From Polyangiaceae bacterium (GTDB lineage: Bacteria > Myxococcota_A > Polyangia > Polyangiales > Polyangiaceae), in assembly GCA_044376115.1 (NCBI GenBank), contig JBILLK010000054.1, positions 1-20,211 on the forward strand: DNA of 20,211 nt, given 5' to 3'. Positions 8,071-15,730 of the stretch are shown piece after piece. Each line of letters opens with the position of its first letter. Position 1 is the stretch's first letter. The notes under the pieces were generated by a model. That model had not been told where the DNA came from and did no database searches. It saw only the letters and a program-made list of their open reading frames with translations. The translations under genes were made by a program, and so were the position numbers.

Positions 8071-9524
8071 GGTATCTCGTTAAAGACAACCCCGAACTCT
8101 TCAGCGCTCGGGCATTTGGTTGCGTTGATGGGGGAGTCTGGACTCTTCTGAGCGTAGCGGCAGGAGAGCAGAAACGCCTCCTTGGTGTTCCAATGAAAGG
8201 CGCAATCGGTCAGCAAAATGTTCCGTTGGCTCGACCAGTCCAGGGCATACAACGCTCGAACGCAGGCGGGGTAATCCCCTTTTTCTTTGTGCGCGAACGC
8301 TTGCAGGTCGGTCTCGGTGCAGCCGTCCAGCAGGTCCCCGAAGCTGGTCTTGTGCTGCTTGCAGGCCGTGCGTAGCTCGGCGCTGGAGACCTTTCTTGCG
8401 CAGTCGACCTGCATCGCTGACAAGAAGGCCGAGCCCGGGTTTTCCTGCAAGACGTTCAGGCATTCTTGCCACTGGCCGTGGTTCATCTTTTCCGCTGCGC
8501 GCCGGGCGAGGTACTCCACCGAGGCGGCCGAGTTTGAGGACGCGGGCGCTGACGTGGTGGACCGTGTCGCTGGCTTCTCCACCTCCCAGCGGCTGAGCTT
8601 CGGCGGCTGCTTGCCCGAGCCCCACAGGTAGGCCGCTGCCACCGCGGCAACGACCAGGGTGCTGCCAGCGATGGCCAGCGCCGCTCGAGGAAGCGGGCGG
8701 GCGGCCGCCTGGTCGAGAGCGGCGATCAGCTCGCCAAGCGAGGGGAAGCGGGACTCCGGCGCGTTTGCTGCGCCGCGCAGCAGGAGCGGCGCCCAGGCGC
8801 GAAAGCGATGTGTGCGATCCGGCTGCTGCTCGGACGGCAGATTGCCGAATAGCGCCTCATAGGCCATTACACAGTAAGCGTATTGGTCCGATAGTGGGTC
8901 GGGCGTGGCGCCGCGGAGTTGCTCCGGGGCCATATAGCGCGGTGTCCCGGCTGCTCCCGGGCTCGGGTCCGATGCGGTTACCGCCAGCCCAAAGTCGGCC
9001 ACGCGCGGCCGGCCGTCCAAGCCGATCAGCACGTTCTCCGGCTTCACGTCGCGATGCACCAACCCGCGCTGGTGTGCTGCGTAGAGGCCAACCGCGATCG
9101 CCCGCAGCACCCGCGTGACGTCCTCTGGCTTGCGCGGCTCGGCTAGCCACGCTCGCAGCGTGCCGCCGCGCACGAACTCCGAGACGATGAACGGTACGCC
9201 TTCGTGAACGCCGGTCTCGTAGACGGTCAATACGTTGGGGTGGGTGAGCCGCGCGAGCGCGCGCGCTTCACTGAGGATCTGCCCTTGGTCCAAGCTCGCA
9301 GCGACGAGTTTGACGGCGACCTCGCGATGGAGGTCCGGATCGAAGCACGCGTAGACGACGCCCCAGGCGCCCTGGCCCAAGCGTTCAATCACTTCGAAGC
9401 GGCTGATCTTGAGCGCTTGGGGCGGCTCACCGAAGAGCTGATTGCGTAGCTTGCGCCGGACACGTTCTCGCTCGAACTTCTCGAGTTCGGCGTTGGGGCT
9501 CTCGGGAACGTTGGGGGACGGCAT
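8067..9524 (-). CDS. Hanks-type Ser/Thr protein kinase with one TM helix and a Cys-rich C-terminal domain
   Basis: LGQGAWGVVY, VAVK, HRDVKPEN, DFG, GTPRYMAPE and DQY are all intact. TM segment AALAIAGSTLVVAAVAAAYLW is followed by a domain with 8 Cys. Confidence 0.95.
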   Translation of the reverse strand: MPSPNVPESPNAELEKFERERVRRKLRNQLFGEPPQALKISRFEVIERLGQGAWGVVYACFDPDLHREVAVKLVAASLDQGQILSEARALARLTHPNVLTVYETGVHEGVPFIVSEFVRGGTLRAWLAEPRKPEDVTRVLRAIAVGLYAAHQRGLVHRDVKPENVLIGLDGRPRVADFGLAVTASDPSPGAAGTPRYMAPEQLRGATPDPLSDQYAYCVMAYEALFGNLPSEQQPDRTHRFRAWAPLLLRGAANAPESRFPSLGELIAALDQAAARPLPRAALAIAGSTLVVAAVAAAYLWGSGKQPPKLSRWEVEKPATRSTTSAPASSNSAASVEYLARRAAEKMNHGQWQECLNVLQENPGSAFLSAMQVDCARKVSSAELRTACKQHKTSFGDLLDGCTETDLQAFAHKEKGDYPACVRALYALDWSSQRNILLTDCAFHWNTKEAFLLSCRYAQKSPDSPINATKCPSAEEFGVVFNEIP

Positions 9525-9530
9525 TGGGCG

Positions 9531-10529
9531 TTAGGGGGTCAACGTTAAGTCATCTGACTGAATCGAGGTGGCTCTTTGCACGTCGACCAGGACTTTGAGC
9601 ACCCCACGGGTCGCCGCTCGCTCGAACGCAGCCTCCGCATGGGCAAGGTCATAGCGGGCCGCAATCAGCGGCGTTGGGTCGATGCGGCCTTGTTCCAGCG
9701 CGCTCATCGCCTCCGCCAGGTCGCCGCAGCGGGAACCGACGATCCGCAGCTCGTTGATCACCGCCAAGGAGAGATCGACGGGCAACGGCGCTTTCACCGT
9801 CGTCTTCAGCACGATGGTGCCCTTCGGCCGACAGAGGCGTAGCGCCAACCCGAGCCCAGCGGCGCTGCCGGTCGCCTCGACCACCGTGGCCATCGTGCCG
9901 AGCAGCGGGCTGGCCTCCGTCTCGAGATAGGTCGCAATCGAGCTGGCGGCAGCGATCGTGAGCTTCTCGCGGTGGTGGCCGATCAGCTGCACCGCATGCC
10001 CGAGTTGCGCTAGGCAGAGCGCGATCAGCAGGCCCAGCTTACCGTCGCCCAAGACCGCGATCGGCCCGTTGGGCTCGGCGAGCTGCTTTTTTACGTGCAA
10101 TGCCGCCGCGATCGGCTCGGCGAAGACAGCGCGCTCATCGCTGACGCTCTCCGGTACAGCGATGAGGCAGCGCTCGGGGATCACCAAGCGCTCGGCGAAG
10201 GCGCCGTTGCGCCCGAGGATGCCGAGCACCGTCCTCGTCGGACAGTGATGGCCCGCGCCGAGCAGACAGTCTTCGCACGTTCCACACCCAGCGTTGATGT
10301 CGGCGACCACGCGGCGCCCGACCCAATCCGGTGTCGAGGCCTCGAGCACGCGCCCGACGAACTCGTGGCCAGGTACGCCCTTGAACCCCATGTACCCTTG
10401 GGCGAGCTGAAGATCGGTATCGCAGACGCCTGCGACGTGGACCGCGACCAAGGCCTCGCCTTCAGCGCGCGACGGCTCTGGGAAGCTGTTCGACAATCGC
10501 GGGGAGCCATCGAGAACCAAGGCGCGCAT
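9531..10529 (-). CDS. Zinc-dependent medium-chain alcohol dehydrogenase/reductase
   Basis: GVCDTD, GHEFVG, structural-Zn CGTCEDC...C, EP and GDGKLG. Start at ATG 10529 (MRALVLDG) with TATACT 7 nt upstream. Confidence 0.92.
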   Translation of the reverse strand: MRALVLDGSPRLSNSFPEPSRAEGEALVAVHVAGVCDTDLQLAQGYMGFKGVPGHEFVGRVLEASTPDWVGRRVVADINAGCGTCEDCLLGAGHHCPTRTVLGILGRNGAFAERLVIPERCLIAVPESVSDERAVFAEPIAAALHVKKQLAEPNGPIAVLGDGKLGLLIALCLAQLGHAVQLIGHHREKLTIAAASSIATYLETEASPLLGTMATVVEATGSAAGLGLALRLCRPKGTIVLKTTVKAPLPVDLSLAVINELRIVGSRCGDLAEAMSALEQGRIDPTPLIAARYDLAHAEAAFERAATRGVLKVLVDVQRATSIQSDDLTLTP

Positions 10530-10558
10530 GATTCGGAGTATACGGAGCAAGCCCCGTT

Positions 10559-11050
10559 ATGCCCTTGCGAAACGTCCCCATCCTCGTGCTCTCGCTTGGC
10601 TATGCGGCGTTCTCCTTGCTGCTGTATCGCGCCGGGATTGCGCCCAAGCGGGTGCTCTTGCTCGATCCTTCATCGTACTACTTGGTGCAGGCGCTGTTCA
10701 TCCTGCCGCTCTTCTGTGGGCTGGTAAGCCTGTTCGTGGGCGTGACCAGCCGGCTCGCGGGAGGGAAACAGGTGCCCTTCGAGGTCGCGCTCGAGCGGCT
10801 TGCACCGGCCTATTGCTGGCCGCTCTTGGGTCTCTTCGTGCTGCCGGATACGGCTGTGTTCTTGGTCGCTGGGCACGCCGCGCTGGCGAAGGCGATGCGC
10901 TTTTATGGGCCTATTGCGCCGCTCTGCGTTTGGGCGATTTCGGCATTGCGCGCAGCCCGCCTATTCGAAGTAAGCAAGGGGCGGGCTGTGGCCGCTACCT
11001 TCGTTGGTCTGCTCCTTCAAGCCTTGCTCGGTGGCCTGCTGCTGCGGTGA
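10559..11050 (+). CDS. Small integral membrane protein of unknown function (about 5 TM, loosely Yip1-like topology)
   Basis: Five hydrophobic stretches; fills the gap between the ADH and the next gene. Start is uncertain. Confidence 0.65.
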   Translation: MPLRNVPILVLSLGYAAFSLLLYRAGIAPKRVLLLDPSSYYLVQALFILPLFCGLVSLFVGVTSRLAGGKQVPFEVALERLAPAYCWPLLGLFVLPDTAVFLVAGHAALAKAMRFYGPIAPLCVWAISALRAARLFEVSKGRAVAATFVGLLLQALLGGLLLR

Positions 11051-11096
11051 GCCGAGGTGGCTTTCGGAGTGCGGGCGCCAATGATACGAACCCCGC

Positions 11097-11912
11097 ATGA
11101 GAACGTTGTGGGGACCGCTTGTTGCTGCGTTTGCGCTGATGCTTCCGACCGCCGCTTGGTCGGAGCCGATTGATTTGGTCAATGACGGCTTTGGCGATCA
11201 GGGGGACGCCGCCTTTCAACAGGGCTTCGTAAGCAACGAGGCCGCAGAGGTGACGCTGGGCCCGGTCGAGGGCACGTTTACTGTGCAATCGGTGCGCTTC
11301 CTTTATGGGCCTGAAGCGGCGGATACCAGCGTACGCCTCGAGATCTTCGTGGACGATGAAGGCGCTGCGGTCCCTGGGGAATTGCTCTATTCGGCGGACT
11401 ACTCGATTATGCCGGGAGACAACGTGCTGCACGAGATCGATGTCTCGGCCGAGGGCATCACCCATGAAGGGCCGGGCAGTATTCGCGTGGCGCTGCTCGC
11501 GATGCACGACGGCGCGCCCGGGGTCGCGCGCGACGCCGATGGTTGTACACCGGGCCGCAATTGGATCCGCCTGAACATGCCGGACTGGGTGGATGCTTGT
11601 GAGCAGGGCGTCGAGGGAGATTGGGTGATTCGCGCGACCGTGGATGGCCCGGTGTCGATGGGCACGGGCGGTATGGGTGGTAGCGGGGGAGGCGCAGCGG
11701 GCGGCTCTTCCGAAGCTGGCGGCGGGCAAGGCGGTAGCGGTGGCGCTTCGAGCGGCGGCGGGGGTCAAGCTGGCGGCGGTTCGGATAGCGCTGAATCGGG
11801 CGGCTGCGACTGTGCGACGGGGCGAGGGGAGCAGGGGCCCACAGCGTTGGTTGGGCTAGCGCTGGCGCTCGCTGTGTGGGGCCGCAAGCGTTCGGCGCGG
11901 AGCGGCCAATGA
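11097..11912 (+). CDS. Secreted surface protein with Gly/Ser linker and MYXO-CTERM sorting signal
   Basis: Signal peptide (MRTLWGPLVAAFALMLPTAAWS), acidic beta-rich domain, Gly/Ser-rich linker, then SGGCDC...LVGLALALAVWGRKR. Confidence 0.88.
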   Translation: MRTLWGPLVAAFALMLPTAAWSEPIDLVNDGFGDQGDAAFQQGFVSNEAAEVTLGPVEGTFTVQSVRFLYGPEAADTSVRLEIFVDDEGAAVPGELLYSADYSIMPGDNVLHEIDVSAEGITHEGPGSIRVALLAMHDGAPGVARDADGCTPGRNWIRLNMPDWVDACEQGVEGDWVIRATVDGPVSMGTGGMGGSGGGAAGGSSEAGGGQGGSGGASSGGGGQAGGGSDSAESGGCDCATGRGEQGPTALVGLALALAVWGRKRSARSGQ

Positions 11913-12694
11913 CCAGCAAGATCACCACCGAGCGGCTCGGCCACGTATTCGCGATTGGCGTCAATCGAGCCGAAAAGCGCAATGCGTTTGACCTCGAGAC
12001 GATTGACGGTTTGGCGGCAGCCTATGAGCTATTCGCCGACGACCCGGAGCTGCGTGTGGCTGTGGTGTTTGCGCACGGCGCGCACTTCTCCGCGGGGCTC
12101 GATCTCGCGGAGGTCGGGCCGAAGGTCGCTGCCGATGGGCCGCAGACCTTGGCCGGCAATCGGCGTTACGACCCGTTCGGCGTTTGGCGGCCTCAAGTGC
12201 CTAAGCCCGTGGTGATGGCGGTCCAGGGAATCGCGTTCACGCTCTCGATCGAGCTCGCGCTCGCCTGCGACATCGTGATCGCGGCCGACGACGTGCGCTT
12301 CCGTCAGCTCGAGGTGGGCCGCGGAATTTTGCCGTTCGGCGGAGCGACCTTTCGTGCGCCGGCGAAGTTGGGTTGGGGCAACGCCATGCGCTTTTTGCTT
12401 ACCGGCGAGGAGTTCGGCGCCGAGCAGGCGCTGCGCATCGGCTTGGTGCAGGAGGTCGTGGCGGCGGGCAGCGAGCGCGCGCGCGCTTTGGCGCTAGCCG
12501 AGCTGATCGCGCGGCAGGCTCCGCTGGGCGTGCAGCAAACGCTGCAAAACGCGCGCGTCGCCCAGGTGGGCGGTCAAGCCGCGGCCACCGAACACCTGCG
12601 TTCGGTGCTGCCGGGGATCTTGGCCAGTGAGGACGCTCGTGAAGGGATGATGAGCTTTATCGAACGTCGGGAGGCCCGCTTCACAGGCAAGTGA
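11909..12694 (+). CDS. Enoyl-CoA hydratase/isomerase (crotonase) family protein
   Basis: NRAEKRNAF, HFSAGLDL, KPVVMAVQG, IELALACD, LEVGRGILP and SEDAREGMMSFIERREARFTGK. ATG 11909 overlaps the upstream TGA (ATGA). Confidence 0.93.
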   Translation: MTSKITTERLGHVFAIGVNRAEKRNAFDLETIDGLAAAYELFADDPELRVAVVFAHGAHFSAGLDLAEVGPKVAADGPQTLAGNRRYDPFGVWRPQVPKPVVMAVQGIAFTLSIELALACDIVIAADDVRFRQLEVGRGILPFGGATFRAPAKLGWGNAMRFLLTGEEFGAEQALRIGLVQEVVAAGSERARALALAELIARQAPLGVQQTLQNARVAQVGGQAAATEHLRSVLPGILASEDAREGMMSFIERREARFTGK

Positions 12695-12702
12695 GCCGAA
12701 AG

Positions 12703-12732
12703 TTGCCCGGGCGAAAAGTCCTTCTCTACGCT
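12703..12732 (+). promoter_or_regulatory. Putative sigma70 promoter for a leaderless PilZ-gene transcript
   Basis: TTGCCC (12703-12708), 18 nt, TACGCT (12727-12732), then 7 nt to ATG 12740; no Shine-Dalgarno sequence. Confidence 0.5.
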
Positions 12733-12739
12733 TCCTTAC

Positions 12740-13129
12740 ATGAGCGCCATTCTTCGTCGCCGAGTTGATCGCCGCGCCTTTCGGCGTGAAGTCCTGATGC
12801 CTTGTCAGGTGGTTCGTGAACGTGACTTTCGCCTGGTGTCCAACCTCGCGTTGGACCTCTCTACCGAGGGCATCCAGGTGCGGACCTATGAGCGCGTGCT
12901 CACCGGGGACCAGCTGCTGGTGAGCTTCCGTGCGCCGCAGACCGGCGAGTGGTTCGACGTAGAAGCCACGGTTGCGCGCGTGCTGCACGGTCGGCGTCCG
13001 GGCGACCGCGGTCGCTGCTTGGGGCTCTCCTTCGAGAACTTCGGCTGGACCGAATCGCTGCGTTTGTTCGAAGGCTTGCGCGGTCTGCCGCCGGCGGCAC
13101 CCAAGCGCGCTCCGGCGCTGCGTCAGTAG
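12740..13129 (+). CDS. Stand-alone PilZ-domain (c-di-GMP receptor-type) protein
   Basis: RRAFRR (RxxxR) and DLSTEG (DxSxxG) motifs, plus ATVARV...GLSF beta strands; 129 aa. Confidence 0.85.
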   Translation: MSAILRRRVDRRAFRREVLMPCQVVRERDFRLVSNLALDLSTEGIQVRTYERVLTGDQLLVSFRAPQTGEWFDVEATVARVLHGRRPGDRGRCLGLSFENFGWTESLRLFEGLRGLPPAAPKRAPALRQ

Positions 13130-13153
13130 CCTCGCGCGCGAACTGCTGGCGAC

Positions 13154-13186
13154 AAAAGCACACCGACAGCCGAAGCTGTCGGTGCG
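13154..13186 (-). terminator. Intrinsic terminator of rnpB
   Basis: The minus strand reads CGCACCGACAGC-TTCG-GCTGTCGGTGTG-CTTTT: a 10-12 bp stem with a C(UUCG)G tetraloop directly after the P1 helix. Confidence 0.8.
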
Positions 13187-13578
13187 GTCGCAGACGTTCA
13201 TAAGCCGAGTTCTGTTTCCGACGTTGGTCGCCCAGCGTCGGATGACGCATCATTCCTCTAGGATGCGCGTTACCGCGCACCTCCAGCAGCCTACCCGGAG
13301 GCTCGAGCGAGCCGCTCTTCCAAGGGCTTTCACCCTCATCGCCTCCCTACATGGCCTTGCTCCGAGTGGGGTTTACCTAGCCACGTTTGTTACCAAACGC
13401 GCGGTGGGCTCTTACCCCACCATTTCACCCTTACCGGCAGCTAGGCCGGCGGTGTCTTTCTGTTGCACTTTCCTCGAGGTCTCCCTCACCGGGCGTTACC
13501 CGGCACTCTGCTCTACGGAGCTCGGACTTTCCTCTCGTGTGTTGCCACACCAGCGATCGTCTGTTCATCAGCGACCGC
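13184..13578 (-). ncRNA. rnpB: RNase P RNA, bacterial type A
   Basis: The minus strand carries GAGGAAAGTCCGAGCTCC, GGAAAGTGCAACAGAAA, AAGGGTGAAATGGTGGGGTAAGAGCCCACC, GGTAAACCCC..GGAGCAAGGCC and ACAGAACTCGGCTTA. Terminal P1 pairing is GCGGTCGC/GCGACCGC. Ends are approximate. Confidence 0.97.
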
Positions 13579-13705
13579 GCACAGCTAGCCGCTCTCGCAG
13601 TCAAACGCAACGAGGCTTGCCAGCCCGAAAAAGGTTGAGCAAACTCTCCACGCGACAAACCGCTCGAAGCAGACTAGGGTTGAACGCAACGTTACGGAGC
13701 GTCAC

Positions 13706-14029
13706 ATGATCACCATTACCGAAAAAGCAGCTGCGAAGGTCCACGAGATCGCAAAAGAGGAAGACTTGGGCGGACAAGGCCTGAGGCTTCGCGTCGTTGG
13801 CGGTGGGTGTGCAGGGTTCTCCTATGACCTCTACTTTGAGGACAAGCCCACCGATATGGATGAGGAGTTTGAGAGCTTGGGCGTGAAGCTCTTCGTTGAT
13901 CCGCTGAGCTACCAGTACCTGGACGGCACCGAGATCGACTACGTCGAGAGCTTGCAGGGCGCAGGCTTCAAGTTCGGCAATCCGAACGTGAAGAGCACCT
14001 GCGGTTGCGGGTCCTCCTTCTCGGCCTGA
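13706..14029 (+). CDS. erpA: A-type iron-sulfur carrier protein (ErpA/IscA/HesB family)
   Basis: ITITEKAA, LRLRVVGGGCAGFSY, YLDGTEIDY and NPNVKSTCGCGSSF; GGAG RBS upstream. A stand-alone location (no isc/suf genes) favours ErpA, but the subfamily is not certain. Confidence 0.88.
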   Translation: MITITEKAAAKVHEIAKEEDLGGQGLRLRVVGGGCAGFSYDLYFEDKPTDMDEEFESLGVKLFVDPLSYQYLDGTEIDYVESLQGAGFKFGNPNVKSTCGCGSSFSA

Positions 14030-14222
14030 GCCTCACCGTTTCACGGCGTGCGGGCGGCGTCTTCGGCCTTCGCCCACTCGTCGACTTCCCGGGCAGCCGC
14101 TTCCAGCGTGAAGCGAGCTGCCCGTGCTTGTTCGAACAACTGCGCGCAGATAGGGGACGCTGGGGCGCCGAGCGCCGACTGCGCGCTACGATGGTCTTCG
14201 CTTCGTGCGGCTCGTTGAGAAG

Positions 14223-14768
14223 CTAGATGCCGCCAGCGCCGCCAGCGCCAGCTGCGCCTGACCCGCTGGCTCCTCCGTTAGCGGTCGCGCCGCCCTCATT
14301 GATGCCTTCACCTTGGGCGCACGCGCCGGCCTTGCAGGTCTCAAACCAAGCGGTGAGCGCGTCGAGCCGTTCGGGGGGGAGGGGGTAGCTGCCTTGCGGC
14401 ATGGAGGGAAGCGGCGGCGGATCGGAGAGCTTGGTGGCGGCTTCCATGCGCGACCACACCGGGGTTCCGAAGAAGTCGGCTTGGGTGTCTTCAAAGCTCT
14501 CGAGCCCAAACGGGACGTTGGGCACGTTCTCCTCGAAGTGACAGTTTTGGCAGATCTCGCTCAGCGTGTCGTAGACGTCGCACGGGAGGCCGAAGGTCTT
14601 GTCGTGGGTGCAAACGAAGGCACCACCGGCACCACCGGCACCCCCCTGCGGGCTGACGGTGGGCACGCCCGACGTGCATTCACCGTCGATGCAACCGGTC
14701 TCGAGGTCCGCGGTGCAGCTGGCCCCAAGCACGAGAAGTACGGCAAACCCAATAGTCCAACCTCGCAT
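14223..14768 (-). CDS. Putative lipoprotein with a monoheme c-type cytochrome domain
   Basis: MRGWTIGFAVLLVLGASC is lipoprotein-like. It has CQNCH (CxxCH), a downstream MPQG..PLPPERLDALTAWF motif, and Gly/Ala linkers. Start at 14768 chosen from GAGG spacing (14777 is the alternative). Confidence 0.65.
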   Translation of the reverse strand: MRGWTIGFAVLLVLGASCTADLETGCIDGECTSGVPTVSPQGGAGGAGGAFVCTHDKTFGLPCDVYDTLSEICQNCHFEENVPNVPFGLESFEDTQADFFGTPVWSRMEAATKLSDPPPLPSMPQGSYPLPPERLDALTAWFETCKAGACAQGEGINEGGATANGGASGSGAAGAGGAGGI

Positions 14769-14800
14769 CGCGCTCATCCTCGCAGGCCTGTACGGGCAGC

Positions 14801-15655
14801 TCAAGCAATGGATCGGCGGCGGCGTTCAACCAGCTGTTCACCGAGCTCAGCGCTGCGTTTGGCTGCAGCCTCGACAGCGTCGATCAAGGTGCGGCGTAGG
14901 CCCCCGGACTCGAGCGTATGCAAGCCGGCGATAGCGGTTCCGCCAGGGCTCGTCACCATGTCCTTCAAGCGCCCGGGGTGCTCGCCGGTTTCGAGCTGGA
15001 GCTTCGCGGCGCCGTACACGGTTTGTGCTGCCAACATCAGCGCCACATCGCGACCGAGCCCGACTTTGACGCCGCCGTCGGCCAAGGCCTCGATCATCAG
15101 CATCACGTACGCCGGCCCGCTGCCGGAGAGCCCGGTCACTGCGTCCAGCAGGTTCTCATCGAGTACGGCGCAACGTCCGACCGCTTCAAACAGCGCGACG
15201 GCGGTGGCGAGATCGGCCTCGGTGGCAGCGGTGCCAGCGGCGATCCCGGTTGCTCCGGCCAGCGCGATGGCGGCGGTGTTGGGCATGGTGCGGATGACCT
15301 TGGCGGCTTTGGGCAGCGCCTCTTCGAACACCACGATCGGCACGCCGGCGGCGATCGAGATGATCAGCGCATCGGCGCTCATGTTGTCGCGTAGGACGGG
15401 CAATACGCGATCGACGATCTGAGGCTTGACCGAGACCACGACCACGTTGGCCCAACGCACGAGCTCGGCGTTGTCGGTGCTGGTTTCAATCCCGTAGTTG
15501 GTCGCGAGCTCGGTCAAGCGGGCGGCCTTCACGTCGCTCGCGCGCACCTGCTGGCTGGGGACCTTGGCGGCTAGCAGGCCCTTGATCAGCGCCCCCGCCA
15601 TGGCTCCGCCGCCTAGGAACCCGATGCGTTTCCCTTCGAGCTTCTCGGTCGTCAT
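14801..15655 (-). CDS. proC: Pyrroline-5-carboxylate reductase
   Basis: IGFLGGGAMA, VKPQ, ISIAAG, RTMPNT, TGLSGSGPAY and VTSPGGTAIAGL. Confidence 0.97.
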   Translation of the reverse strand: MTTEKLEGKRIGFLGGGAMAGALIKGLLAAKVPSQQVRASDVKAARLTELATNYGIETSTDNAELVRWANVVVVSVKPQIVDRVLPVLRDNMSADALIISIAAGVPIVVFEEALPKAAKVIRTMPNTAAIALAGATGIAAGTAATEADLATAVALFEAVGRCAVLDENLLDAVTGLSGSGPAYVMLMIEALADGGVKVGLGRDVALMLAAQTVYGAAKLQLETGEHPGRLKDMVTSPGGTAIAGLHTLESGGLRRTLIDAVEAAAKRSAELGEQLVERRRRSIA

Positions 15656-15730
15656 GCGCGGACGCTAGCCGATCCAGGCGGATGGCGCGATGAAGTGCAG
15701 CGGCCTATGGAACAACGCTGCGAATCGGCT

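Noticed and set aside
11660..11790. GGC-rich low-complexity stretch
   Set aside because: Encodes the Gly/Ser linker of the MYXO-CTERM protein.
12972..13709. 245-aa ORF and other short ORFs across 13130-13700
   Set aside because: They overlap rnpB, which fully explains the sequence.
14620..14642. GCACCACCG 9-bp tandem repeat, and similar GCCGCCAGC repeats near 14229
   Set aside because: In-frame Gly/Ala linker codons of the lipoprotein, not an independent repeat element.
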